A DNA stretch of 64,000 nt, taken from the NCBI GenBank assembly GCA_934479825.1, contig CAKSOW010000009.1, positions 18,338-82,337 of the forward strand. Reading direction: 5' to 3'. The notes under the pieces were generated by a model. It saw only the letters and a list, made by a program, of their open reading frames with translations, was not told where the DNA came from and did no database searches. This DNA is from an uncultured Eubacteriales bacterium. GTDB taxonomy: Bacteria > Bacillota > Clostridia > Oscillospirales > CAG-382. A program made the position numbers and the translations under genes. Positions 30,227 through 39,874 of the stretch are shown here, piece after piece (position 1 is the stretch's first letter; every line of letters begins with the position of its first letter).

Positions 30227-31322
30227 GCTGCAAGGGCTATTCGCCCTTAGACCTTGTTCGTTTTTCTTAAAAGAAAAGTGAACAAAAGAATTTACATTTT
30301 TGCCGCCCGACGGTTTGCCGTCGGACGGCTTTTGCTTTTCACGAAAAGCAAGGAAAGAGAACGTTTTTACGTTCTTTTTCCTTTTAGCAAAAAGAACCAA
30401 AAGGGCGTTTTTTCTGTTACTTTTCGCCTCTGCGAAAAGTAACCAAAAGCAGACCAAGGGCCTCGGCCCTCTGGACTCCCAGAGTACGGTTCAAAATTCC
30501 GAGCGGTGGATTTTTGATTAAATTACAAGCTTTGTACCTATCAAGAAATTTTAGCAAAAATCGTAGTCTTGTGCCATACAGCTCGGAGTATTTTGAACCG
30601 GTGCGAAACGCATGCTTTACTGCGTAAGGATTTGTCGGTGTTTTTGAAAAGGCATGCTCCGATTTGGGCGGACAGCAGGTTATGTGTGTCATGAAATGGG
30701 AGAGTTTGGCGGGAGGTTGTTTTTGAGAGAACAGAAAATTGTTGTTTGGGAAAGCGGAAAGTTTGGGATGAAAATGCAAAAATTCCGGTTTTCTGCATAT
30801 ATGTAAACCACAGATTTACATCAAACTTTCCAATCACGTACATCAATTTCCCTTTTCCAACGCAACAAAGATAACGTGCACTTTCCCTTTTAATCGTTCG
30901 CTTGCGGCGGCAAGCACGCACTGCAACTTCGATTTTCCACAAAACCCGATTCTGCGTTTTATCAAAAGTTGCCCTTTTGCACCGGTTCAAAGCCTAAAAA
31001 ACGTTTTAGACACGCACTGTTTCAAGTTCTATAAAAGGCACGCCTGTGCAGAGCTTTGAACCGCTCCCCGGGAGTCCAGAGGGTCGAGGCCCTCGGTCTG
31101 CTTTTGGTTACTTTTCGCAGAGGCGGAAAGTAACAGAAAAACGTCCTTGGGGTTCTTTTTACAAAAGTAAAAAGAACCCCAAAAACTCTCTTTTCATTGC
31201 TTTTCTTGAAAAGCACAGTACGCCCGATGGTAAAACCATCGGGCGTACAAATTTAAATTCTTTTCCCCCGCTTTTCTTAAAAGAAAAGCGGGCAAGGTTT
31301 TGGAGCAAGTCCCCCTTGCTAT
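30227..31322. repeat. ORF-less hairpin-rich element, copy A (~1.1 kb; arms about 30227-30495 and 31055-31322)
   Basis: It fills the whole pfkA-isomerase intergenic region. The two arms are inverted repeats of each other. It carries four GGTTCAAA boxes. It matches copy B as a reverse complement. Confidence 0.85.
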
Positions 31323-32213
31323 TTATTCCAGATTTTGCTCACAGCACTGTATGAGATACTTCCCGACCTCAGCCATAAAGCGAGACGCTGTCCCATATAA
31401 CTCCTTCGGCAACGGCGCAAGGAAATTCCCTGCCTCATAGGTAAAATCGCCTACATAGTCAATATCACGCAACGCATCGGTGATTCTGTCCCAATAGCCC
31501 ATGCCGCCGTAGTACGGAAGCGTGTGCAGGTCGCTCTTTCCGTCCGTGTCGTGGACATGTAACGCGCCTAATCTGTCATGCCCCAAGGCACGGATAAATT
31601 CTTCCGGTTTCTCATGAACAAGCATGGTGTGTCCCAAGTCAAGGCAAGCGGTAAAACAGCGATTGTCGCCAAGCGCGTCCATATACCGGATAAACTCCTC
31701 CGGCGTTGAACAGGTCGAATGCCCGATACAGCTATCGCACCGGCCGATCAGCCTCTTGTCCTGCCACATATTTTCCACAGCCACACGAATACCGTATTCT
31801 TCGCAATACGGCTTCAACCGGTTGTAGAATTCAATATTCATTTCAAACAGCTTTTCCGGCACTCCGTCATTCGCATATGCAAGATGCTGCACCGGGTGTA
31901 CCACAATATTCTTCACTCCGAGCAGCGATGCGTTTTTCATCGACCGGACAATATCCCCGAAAATCTCTTCGTCTCTCTCCGGTTTTCCGACACTCGACGG
32001 AAACGGCGCATGCGCCTGATTGAACACAAGCCCCTTATCTTCGGCTTTTTTCCGGAGTTCAGTAAAAAAGTGTCCGTCTAAATCTTTCGCATAATAGCGG
32101 ACATTGAAAAAACCGAAATCCAATGCCGTAAAACCTGCTTCCGCCAACATATCCACGGTTTCTTCCGGCGAAAACTGGTGTAAATAGATAGCAATTGAAG
32201 TTGAAAGCAACAT
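31323..32213 (-). CDS. Sugar phosphate isomerase/epimerase (xylose-isomerase-like TIM barrel)
   Basis: Motifs HAPF, VVHP, VENM, LDLGH and HVHD are typical of the AP_endonuc_2 / xylose-isomerase-like family. Confidence 0.8.
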   Translation of the reverse strand: MLLSTSIAIYLHQFSPEETVDMLAEAGFTALDFGFFNVRYYAKDLDGHFFTELRKKAEDKGLVFNQAHAPFPSSVGKPERDEEIFGDIVRSMKNASLLGVKNIVVHPVQHLAYANDGVPEKLFEMNIEFYNRLKPYCEEYGIRVAVENMWQDKRLIGRCDSCIGHSTCSTPEEFIRYMDALGDNRCFTACLDLGHTMLVHEKPEEFIRALGHDRLGALHVHDTDGKSDLHTLPYYGGMGYWDRITDALRDIDYVGDFTYEAGNFLAPLPKELYGTASRFMAEVGKYLIQCCEQNLE

Positions 32214-32299
32214 TTATTCTCAACCCTTTCTTTTTTCTTTTATTATAACGGCTCTCATAGCGTTTGTCAATACGCGAAAATTTTTCGTTCGCACACTAC

Positions 32300-32328
32300 T
32301 TGACTTTCGCTTGCGGCATTGTTACAAT
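32300..32328 (+). promoter_or_regulatory. Sigma-70-type promoter of the beta-helix gene pair
   Basis: TTGACT, 17-nt spacer, TACAAT. Confidence 0.5.
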
Positions 32329-32376
32329 AAACAAAAAGAATTCATACCCAAAATCCGAAAAAAGGAAGTGTTCTCT

Positions 32377-33576
32377 GTGTATACCTACATTCAAGCCGGG
32401 ACAATGAAAGGCGCAACCGACGCCGAACAGATCCAAAACGCCATAACCGAAGCGAAAAATAACGGCACAAACCGTATCGTTATTTCCCGTCATAACGACC
32501 GCACCGGCGCGGATATCTGGAACATCGACCGCACGGTTTTTCTGCCGGACGATATTGAACTTCTTATCGACAACGCGCATCTGCGCCTTGCCGACGGCGT
32601 CTTTTGCAACATGTTTGCCAACGAAAACCTTACAAAGGAAATTTCGCGCACATCAGCAGGCGAACAGAAAAATATCACGATCCGCGGAATCGGAAACGCT
32701 CTATTGGACGGCGGCGTCTACAACGGACTTTCCGAACGGAACAGCGAAAAGGACGGCAGACCGCACATTTCGGTCAATACCATGCTCCTTTTTTTCAACG
32801 TGTCGGGACTTCGCATCGAAAACCTTGCCGTAATCAATCAGCGTTGGTGGGGTATGACCAACATTTTCGTCCATGACGCGGTTTTCCGCAATATTCGCTT
32901 TGAAGCGGATATCTCGCGCATAGACTCTGACGGGATTCATCATCCGGATGAGATCCCGAAAACCTATGACGAAATCTACGTTAAAAACGCGGACGGTCTG
33001 GATCTTCGCATCGGCTGTCATGATATCCTTGTCGAAAACATCACCGGTTTTACCGAGGACGATACCGTTGCCCTCACTGCGCTCGGCGGCTTTGAACGCA
33101 AGCTTGGTTATATTATTGAGGGAGAAAGCACAGACATTCACGATGTGAAGATCCGAAATATTGCGTCAGACAGCTATTTCTGTGCCGTCGTGCGGCTTCT
33201 CAACGACGAGGGCAACAAATTATACAACATTGATATTGACGGCGTTACACACGTGTATTCCGGCAAACACCCGGCAAGACCGGATTTTGTCGTGCGTATC
33301 GGGGATATGAACTACGCCAAGAAGCACAGCACGCTTGGTGATACGCACCATATTTCCGTGAAAAATGTCTATTCGCACGGAAAATTTGCCGTCGGTCTGT
33401 TCAAAGGATTGGTCGATTCAGAGCTTGACAATATCGTTGTGGCCGACGGCGGCTTGTACGGTTTCGGCAGTCACGAGGGCGGAAACGCGGTAATCAAAAA
33501 TGTACGCTTTGGAAAATTTGTCACGCTGTCAGAGGGCGCAAAAGCCATTCATGAAGGCAGCTTTGCCCAAGAGTGA
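32377..33576 (+). CDS. Right-handed parallel beta-helix protein (GH28-related / pectin-lyase fold)
   Basis: AAAGGAAG RBS before the GTG at 32377; the ORF track begins at 32311. Repetitive beta-helix turns (NITIRGIGNALLDGG, LRIENLAVIN, VFRNIRFEA, ILVENITG). Confidence 0.7.
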   Translation: MYTYIQAGTMKGATDAEQIQNAITEAKNNGTNRIVISRHNDRTGADIWNIDRTVFLPDDIELLIDNAHLRLADGVFCNMFANENLTKEISRTSAGEQKNITIRGIGNALLDGGVYNGLSERNSEKDGRPHISVNTMLLFFNVSGLRIENLAVINQRWWGMTNIFVHDAVFRNIRFEADISRIDSDGIHHPDEIPKTYDEIYVKNADGLDLRIGCHDILVENITGFTEDDTVALTALGGFERKLGYIIEGESTDIHDVKIRNIASDSYFCAVVRLLNDEGNKLYNIDIDGVTHVYSGKHPARPDFVVRIGDMNYAKKHSTLGDTHHISVKNVYSHGKFAVGLFKGLVDSELDNIVVADGGLYGFGSHEGGNAVIKNVRFGKFVTLSEGAKAIHEGSFAQE

Positions 33577-33618
33577 TTCTTCAATCCTGTAAAATCCTAT
33601 AATACAAGGAGAATTCTT

Positions 33619-34923
33619 ATGCAGAACGTACTTGATTTCGGTGCCAAGGGCGACGGAAAAACGCTTGACACAGCAGCCATCCAAGCCGCTATCGACGCCG
33701 GCGGCGAGGTCTACTTCCCGAAAGGCATTTACATCTCCGGCACACTGTACTTAAAAAGCGGCGGCGGACTGAATCTTGCCGCCGGTGCGGTTCTTCGCGC
33801 ATCGCATGACCGTGCCGACTACAACGCCGACGATTTCTGCGAACAGAATGTGGCGTTTTCGCAAGAGACCGTCACCGGCGCACACTTGATTGTAGCAGTG
33901 GAACAAGAAAGCATCTTCATCAAGGGAGAGGGCGTTATCGACGGCGATTCGCATTATTGGATGAACGAAAGCCGCATGGTGCCGGGCGAAGACGCCTTTG
34001 CACCGCACCCGGACCGCATCGCGCAGATGATTTTCCTCTGCGAATGCAAAAACGTGAAGATCACCGATATTTCGCTCCGCTATGCGCCGTATTGGCATTT
34101 ATTCTTACACGGCTGCGAAGATGTGCAGATTCGCGGCGTCAACATCAAGGGCGAGCCGCGGCAATTCACCAACGACGGCATTGATATCGACTGCTGCAAG
34201 CGTGTGACGGTAAGCGGCTGTATCATCGATGTGGGTGACGACGCGCTGACGCTCCGAGCTAATGAAAAACGGTTAAAGGAAAAGCGTCCGTGCGAGGATG
34301 TGACGGTCACCGGCTGTGTGCTTTGCTCACGCCTTGATTATGCTATCCGCATAGGCGTCGGAGCAGGAAAGATACGCAACTGCCTGTTTTCCGACATTCG
34401 TATTCACGATTCCCACTGCGGCGTCGGTTTCACCGCCTACTTTGCTCTTTTCCGCTCGGGTATGGCGGCCACCATTGAAAACATTCGCTTTTCAAATATG
34501 CTTATCGACGCCGGTCGTCCGCTCGATATCCGCAACGCTTCGTCGGATGACGCGCCGCCGGCCTCAAACTATGCCTACATCAAAAATATCGCCTTTAACA
34601 GTATCCGGACTTTTGGCAAGCGCAGCAACACCATTTCGGGTTTTGTGAACAGCGAGCTTTCACACCTCACCTTTACCGACTGCGATTTTGTCTGCAGCGG
34701 CAAAGGTAAGGTCACCGAAGACCGGGACGAGAACGGACATTGGGACAACCGAACCTCTGACAGTCTGTTTGTCATCCGCAAAGCCAAAGACGTTCGTTTC
34801 CGTAACTGTGATTTTTCTTTCACGCCGGAAAGCGAAAGCTATGATTATGATGCCTCGACGGATGACTGCGAAAACATTCAGTTTTATAACTGTCTGCATT
34901 CCAAGGGAGTCAAAGATATCTGA
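33619..34923 (+). CDS. Glycoside hydrolase family 28 (polygalacturonase/rhamnogalacturonase-like)
   Basis: AAGGAG RBS. N-terminal VLDFGAKGDGKTLDTAAIQAAID. Catalytic region NDGIDIDCC...DVGDDALTL. Confidence 0.85.
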   Translation: MQNVLDFGAKGDGKTLDTAAIQAAIDAGGEVYFPKGIYISGTLYLKSGGGLNLAAGAVLRASHDRADYNADDFCEQNVAFSQETVTGAHLIVAVEQESIFIKGEGVIDGDSHYWMNESRMVPGEDAFAPHPDRIAQMIFLCECKNVKITDISLRYAPYWHLFLHGCEDVQIRGVNIKGEPRQFTNDGIDIDCCKRVTVSGCIIDVGDDALTLRANEKRLKEKRPCEDVTVTGCVLCSRLDYAIRIGVGAGKIRNCLFSDIRIHDSHCGVGFTAYFALFRSGMAATIENIRFSNMLIDAGRPLDIRNASSDDAPPASNYAYIKNIAFNSIRTFGKRSNTISGFVNSELSHLTFTDCDFVCSGKGKVTEDRDENGHWDNRTSDSLFVIRKAKDVRFRNCDFSFTPESESYDYDASTDDCENIQFYNCLHSKGVKDI

Positions 34924-36030
34924 ATTTAAATTGGTACGCCCGATGGTTTTACACCATCGGGCGCACTTTGCTTTTCCCGAAAAGCCCGGAAAGAGTGCTT
35001 TTCGTTTCGTGAAAAACCAGAAAAGAGGCTCTTCGGGAAATTTTTCTTTTTCAGAAAATTTCCCTAAGGGACAATATACGTTCTTTTTGCGTTTAGCAAA
35101 AAGAACCAAAAAGGCGTTTTTCTGTTACTTTTCGCCTCTGCGAAAAGTAACCAAAAGCAGACCGAGGGTTGCGACCCTCTGGACTCCCGGAGAGCGGTTC
35201 AAAGCTCTACACAGGCATACTTTTTATAGAAATTGTAGCTTTTCCGTGACTGAACCAGCTTTCAGGCTTTGAACCGGTGCGAAGGGGCAATTTCGGATTA
35301 AACGCAGAATCGGGTTTTGCGAAAAATCGAAGTTGTAGTGCAGGCTTGCCGCCGCAAGTGGTCGATGAAAAGGAAGATTGCACGTTATCTTTGTTGCGGT
35401 GGAAATGGAAATTGGTGTGAGTAAATACATAGCTTAGAGTAAACCTGTGGTTTACATATGTGCAGAAAATCGGAGTTTTTGCTTTCTCACCAAGCTTTCC
35501 CTTTTCAAAAAAGCTGTTATCTGTTGCCTGCAAAATCAAATTTCCACCAATCTCCCCCATTCCCTAAAACACATAACCTACTGTCCGCCCAAATCAAAGT
35601 CAAGCCTTTTTAAAAATACCCACAAATCCTTGCGCAGTAAAGCACGCGTCTCGCACCGGTTCAAAATATTCCGAGCTGTATGGCACAAGACAGCGATTTC
35701 TCTCAAAGATTTTTTGATAGGCTCATAGCTTGCAATTTAATAAATAACTCCTACGCTCGGAATTTTGAACCGAGGTCGCAGGGCGGAGCCCCGTCTGCTT
35801 TTTGGTTCTTTTTGCAGAAGCAAAAAGAACGTAAAAACGTGCTCTTTTAATTACTTTTTTCGTACAAGCGAAAAAGTAACGTTAGAACGTCCCGGGGACT
35901 TTTTGGGGGCTTGCGGCACGCCGCAAAAAGTAACAGAAAAGCGCCTCTTTTCAGACTTTTCCCAAAACGAAAAATATAAAAAGGGCAGTTTTCCGCAATT
36001 TTTCGCATGAAAACGCTTGTAAATTCAAAA
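34924..36030. repeat. ORF-less hairpin-rich element, copy B (inverted relative to copy A; right boundary approximate)
   Basis: 34922-35203 is the reverse complement of 31055-31260. 35622-35771 is the reverse complement of 30488-30635. It has the same four GGTTCAAA boxes (35196, 35268, 35658, 35764). The outer arm (35772-36030) has diverged more. Confidence 0.85.
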
Positions 36031-36128
36031 TATATATGATATACTATACTGTAAATATGTGCAGACTGTATGTACATTTTCCAAAATCGAAAATCCGCCA
36101 TTCAAAAATTCGGAAAGGAAGTGCCACC

Positions 36129-36386
36129 ATGGCAAAATTAACGTATAAACCAAGCGGCGTCTGTTCACGCGCCATCCATATTGAAACCGAAAACGGAATC
36201 ATCACACATATTGATTTTGAGGGCGGCTGTGCCGGAAATACCCAAGGCGTCGCCGCACTTGCCACAGGCATGAGCGTGAAAGACGCAATTGCCAAGCTCT
36301 CCGGCATCCAATGTGGTTTCAAAGGAACTTCCTGCCCGGATCAGCTTGCAAAAGCACTGCGTCAATTGGAAGAACAAAACGCATAA
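36129..36386 (+). CDS. TSCPD domain protein (TIGR03905-like)
   Basis: GVCSRAI...FEGGCAGNTQG...CGFKGTSCPDQLAKAL. Confidence 0.8.
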   Translation: MAKLTYKPSGVCSRAIHIETENGIITHIDFEGGCAGNTQGVAALATGMSVKDAIAKLSGIQCGFKGTSCPDQLAKALRQLEEQNA

Positions 36387-36423
36387 CTTAGTGTAAACGC
36401 CAAAAGACAAAAGGAGAATAAGT

Positions 36424-38145
36424 ATGTCCGATTACATGAGCGAATATAAGAAATGGCTATCCAATAAAGACCTTGACGCCGAGCTCCATAGCGAGCTTGC
36501 CGCTATCGAAAACGACCCGAAAGAAATCGAAGAACGCTTTGCCTTTCCCCTTGCTTTCGGTACAGGAGGGTTACGCGGCATTATCCGTGCCGGTCTCAAC
36601 GGCATGAACATCTATACCGTTGCGCAAGCCACCCAAGGCCTTGCCGAACTTGTCAAACAAGACGGCGGCGCAGACATGGGCGTTGTCATCGCGTCGGATA
36701 CACGGATAAAATCCGACATCTTTTCGGAAATTTCCGCACGTGTGCTTGCCGCCAACGGCATTCGCGCCTATTTGTTTGACGCGCCGCGTCCGACGCCGGA
36801 GCTTTCGTTTGCTCTCCGGCACCTGCATGCCAAGGCCGGTATCAATGTAACCGCATCGCACAATCCCAATATTTACAACGGCTACAAGGCTTATTGGGAA
36901 GACGGCGCCCAGATTTCACCTGAACAGGCAGATGTTGTTTCAGCCGCTATCGAAAAAGTCGATATCTTCACCGGCGTAAAGCTTGTCAGCCTTGAAGAAG
37001 GCAAAAAATCCGGTCTGATCCGGATCATCGGTGAAGAAGTCGATGAGGCCTATTTGAAAGTTGTACTGGCCGAACGCATCCGTCCGAACGCCATTCCCGA
37101 CGTTGCCGACGATTTCAAGGTCGTTTATACCCCGTTTCACGGAACCGGCCGCATTCTTGTCCCGGAAGTTCTGAAACGTGCCGGATTGAAGCATTTGTAC
37201 TGCGTCCCGGAACAGATGATTCCCGACGGACGTTTCCCGACCGTCAAAAGCCCGAACCCCGAGGATAAAGCCGGATTTGCGTTAGCTATGAAAATCGCCG
37301 AGGACAAAGGCTGCGACCTTCTCATCGGAACAGACCCGGACGCCGACCGTGCCGGCGTTATTGTGCGCGCCGCAAACGGCGAATTCGTACCGCTGACCGG
37401 AAATCAGATCGGCGTTATGCTTCTTTCCTATATTATTGAAGCAAGAAAACTTGAAAACAAACTGCCTGCCAATGCCGCGGCAGTCAAATCCATTGTCAGC
37501 ACCAAGCTTGCCGACAAAATCTGTGAAGCAAACGGCGTGACCATGATAAATGTTCTCACCGGCTTCAAGTTCATCGGCGAAAAAATCAAAGAATTTGAAG
37601 AAACCGGCTCGCACACCTATATTTTCGGCTTTGAAGAAAGCTACGGCTATTTGTCCGGAACCTATGCACGCGATAAAGACGCCGTTTGTGCGGCCATGCT
37701 CATCACCGAAATGGCGGCCTTTTACCGGGCACGCGGCAAGAGCCTTTACGATGTGCTTTGCGGCATTTTTGAAAAATACGGCTACTACTCCGAGGGAATC
37801 GGCACTATCGTGCTGCCCGGTCTCGACGGACTCGCCAAAATGAGTTCCCTTATGGACGGCTTGCGCAAGGAACCGCCGAAAGAAATTGCCGGCGTCAAGG
37901 TCGCGTCAGTTGCTGACTACAAAACCGGTCTTGTCACCGACTCCGACGGCAAGACCGCGCCGACCGGACTTCCCAAATCCAACGTGTTATTCTACACGCT
38001 TGAGAACGGCGACTCGGTCGTTATCCGTCCCTCCGGCACAGAGCCGAAGATCAAACTGTATTATCTGGTCTCCGACAAGACCAAAGAAGCCGCCGACAAC
38101 AAGAGAAACGCCTATAAAGATGCGTTTGAAAAGTTACTCGGCTAA
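36424..38145 (+). CDS. Phospho-sugar mutase (phosphoglucomutase/phosphomannomutase family)
   Basis: Active-site TASHNP, metal loop GTDPDADR, AAGGAG RBS. Confidence 0.92.
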   Translation: MSDYMSEYKKWLSNKDLDAELHSELAAIENDPKEIEERFAFPLAFGTGGLRGIIRAGLNGMNIYTVAQATQGLAELVKQDGGADMGVVIASDTRIKSDIFSEISARVLAANGIRAYLFDAPRPTPELSFALRHLHAKAGINVTASHNPNIYNGYKAYWEDGAQISPEQADVVSAAIEKVDIFTGVKLVSLEEGKKSGLIRIIGEEVDEAYLKVVLAERIRPNAIPDVADDFKVVYTPFHGTGRILVPEVLKRAGLKHLYCVPEQMIPDGRFPTVKSPNPEDKAGFALAMKIAEDKGCDLLIGTDPDADRAGVIVRAANGEFVPLTGNQIGVMLLSYIIEARKLENKLPANAAAVKSIVSTKLADKICEANGVTMINVLTGFKFIGEKIKEFEETGSHTYIFGFEESYGYLSGTYARDKDAVCAAMLITEMAAFYRARGKSLYDVLCGIFEKYGYYSEGIGTIVLPGLDGLAKMSSLMDGLRKEPPKEIAGVKVASVADYKTGLVTDSDGKTAPTGLPKSNVLFYTLENGDSVVIRPSGTEPKIKLYYLVSDKTKEAADNKRNAYKDAFEKLLG

Positions 38146-38178
38146 ACATCGAATCAAATCGAAAGGATATAAAAAGTC

Positions 38179-39636
38179 ATGGCAAACGACAACAAAAAAA
38201 TGGTGGAAAAAATCACCTCACGCGATGTGGACTTTGCCCAATGGTACACCGACATCGTCAAAAATGCCGACCTTGCGGATTATTCCGGCGTCAAGGGCTG
38301 CATGATCATCCGTCCCTACGGCTATGCTATCTGGGAAAACATTCAGCGCATCATGGACGGCAAATTCAAGGAAACCGGGCATGAGAACGTCTACATGCCG
38401 ATGTTCATTCCGGAAAGCCTGCTCAACAAGGAAAAAGACCACGTGGAGGGCTTTGCTCCGGAAGTTGCATGGGTCACACACGGCGGAAACGAAGAGCTGA
38501 CCGAACGCCTTTGCGTGCGTCCGACCTCGGAAACGCTGTTCTGCGAACATTATGCAAATATTATCCACTCCTATCGCGACCTGCCGAAACTGTACAATCA
38601 ATGGTGCAGTGTCGTGCGTTGGGAAAAGACGACGCGTCCGTTCCTTCGCACGCGTGAATTTCTCTGGCAGGAGGGACACACCATGCACGCGACGGCCGAA
38701 GAAGCCATTGAAGAAACGCTTCGCATGTTGAACGTCTATGCAGACGTTTGCGAAAACTCGCTTGCCATGCCGGTTGTCAAAGGCCCGAAAACGCCGTCCG
38801 ACAAATTTGCCGGTGCCGAAGATACCTATGCTATTGAAGCGCTCATGCACGACGGCAAGGCTCTTCAAGCCGGAACCTCGCATTACTTCGGAAACGGTTT
38901 TGCCAAGGCGTTCGGCATTACATACAAGACCAAGGACAACAAGGACGAATATCCGCACCAGACCTCCTGGGGTACAACAACGCGTTTGATCGGCGCCATC
39001 ATTATGACGCACGGCGACGACAACGGGCTGGTTCTGCCGCCCGCAGTCGCACCGATTCAAGTCGTTATCGTTCCGGTCGCCCAACACAAAGAAGGCGTTC
39101 TCGACGAAGCAAGAAAGTTATATGACAAGTTAAAGGCCTGCGGCGTGCGCGTAAAGCTGGACGACAGCGAAAACAGCCCGGGTTGGAAGTTTGCGGAATA
39201 TGAGATGAAGGGTGTGCCGGTTCGCGTGGAAATCGGTCCGAAAGATATCGAAAACGGCGAATGTGTCGTTGTAACGCGCCACAACCGCGAAAAATCGTTC
39301 CTGCCGCTTGGCGGAATGTTGGAAGCGTTTGCCGACGGCATTCAGAAGAAGTTGGTGGAAGTGCGCGACGGTATGTATGCCATTGCACTTGAAAACCGCG
39401 AAAAGCATACATATAACTGCACAAGCATCGATGAGATCAACAAGACGCTCGCCGAAAAGGGCGATGGTTTTGTCCGTGCGATGTGGTGCGGCAGTGAAGA
39501 ATGCGAAGATAAGGTCAAGGAACTCACCGGCGTCGGTTCGCGCTGCATTCCGTTTGAGCAAGAACAGTTAAGCGATGTCTGTGTTTGCTGTGGGCGTCCT
39601 GCCAAGAAACTCGTGTACTGGGGCAAAGCTTATTAA
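38179..39636 (+). CDS. proS: Proline--tRNA ligase (archaeal/eukaryote-like type)
   Basis: About 485 aa. Class II motifs, a C-terminal Zn-binding Cys cluster (CGSEECE...CVCCG) and the terminal Y. Confidence 0.95.
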   Translation: MANDNKKMVEKITSRDVDFAQWYTDIVKNADLADYSGVKGCMIIRPYGYAIWENIQRIMDGKFKETGHENVYMPMFIPESLLNKEKDHVEGFAPEVAWVTHGGNEELTERLCVRPTSETLFCEHYANIIHSYRDLPKLYNQWCSVVRWEKTTRPFLRTREFLWQEGHTMHATAEEAIEETLRMLNVYADVCENSLAMPVVKGPKTPSDKFAGAEDTYAIEALMHDGKALQAGTSHYFGNGFAKAFGITYKTKDNKDEYPHQTSWGTTTRLIGAIIMTHGDDNGLVLPPAVAPIQVVIVPVAQHKEGVLDEARKLYDKLKACGVRVKLDDSENSPGWKFAEYEMKGVPVRVEIGPKDIENGECVVVTRHNREKSFLPLGGMLEAFADGIQKKLVEVRDGMYAIALENREKHTYNCTSIDEINKTLAEKGDGFVRAMWCGSEECEDKVKELTGVGSRCIPFEQEQLSDVCVCCGRPAKKLVYWGKAY

Positions 39637-39650
39637 AGTTTAGTTTCTTT

Positions 39651-39673
39651 CGCTCTTTTCTAAAAAAAGAGCG
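39651..39673 (+). terminator. Hairpin after proS
   Basis: Stem cgctctttt / aaaagagcg. Confidence 0.45.
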
Positions 39674-39693
39674 GCAAAAGAATTTAGTTTTTT

Positions 39694-39726
39694 CACACCC
39701 TGTTTTGTAAAGCAAAACAGGGTGTG
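39694..39726. terminator. Strong bidirectional terminator
   Basis: Perfect 13-bp stem cacaccctgtttt / aaaacagggtgtg with flanking T/A runs. Confidence 0.75.
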
Positions 39727-39745
39727 TTTGATTCCATAACACAAA

Positions 39746-39785
39746 ACTCCCCTGACGGTCAGAAAACACCGACAGTCAGGGGAGT
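39746..39785. terminator. Second bidirectional hairpin (serves the convergent J-domain gene)
   Basis: Stem actcccctgac / gtcaggggagt with flanking A/T runs. Confidence 0.6.
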
Positions 39786-39874
39786 TTTTAAGTGAATTTA
39801 TATGGTTTTCTTGAAAAAACGGGCAGTTGTGCCAAGCGGCCTCCGCTTTGCATATACCAAAGCGCACCTTTTGT

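Noticed and set aside
30485-30510. GGTTCAAA boxes as tRNA T-arm remnants or tRNA-derived att sites
   Set aside because: The flanking bases do not form a 5-bp T-stem with a 7-nt loop, and no acceptor stem or cloverleaf can be drawn. I found no tRNA gene anywhere in the window.
30417-30990. ORFs of 120 and 149 aa inside repeat element A, and matching ORFs of 93-194 aa inside element B (34660-35728)
   Set aside because: The peptide similarity between copies (e.g. KSLRSKA.VSHRFKI.RAVWHKT) only reflects nucleotide identity. The reading frames break at different places in the two copies. There are no RBSs, and the composition is unlike protein-coding sequence.
30227-31322. Hairpin arrays as a CRISPR array
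   Set aside because: There is no regular repeat-spacer periodicity. The units are palindromic stems of differing sequence, and no cas genes are present in the window.
38218-39087. 289-aa minus-strand ORF
   Set aside because: It is antisense to proS and has no independent support.
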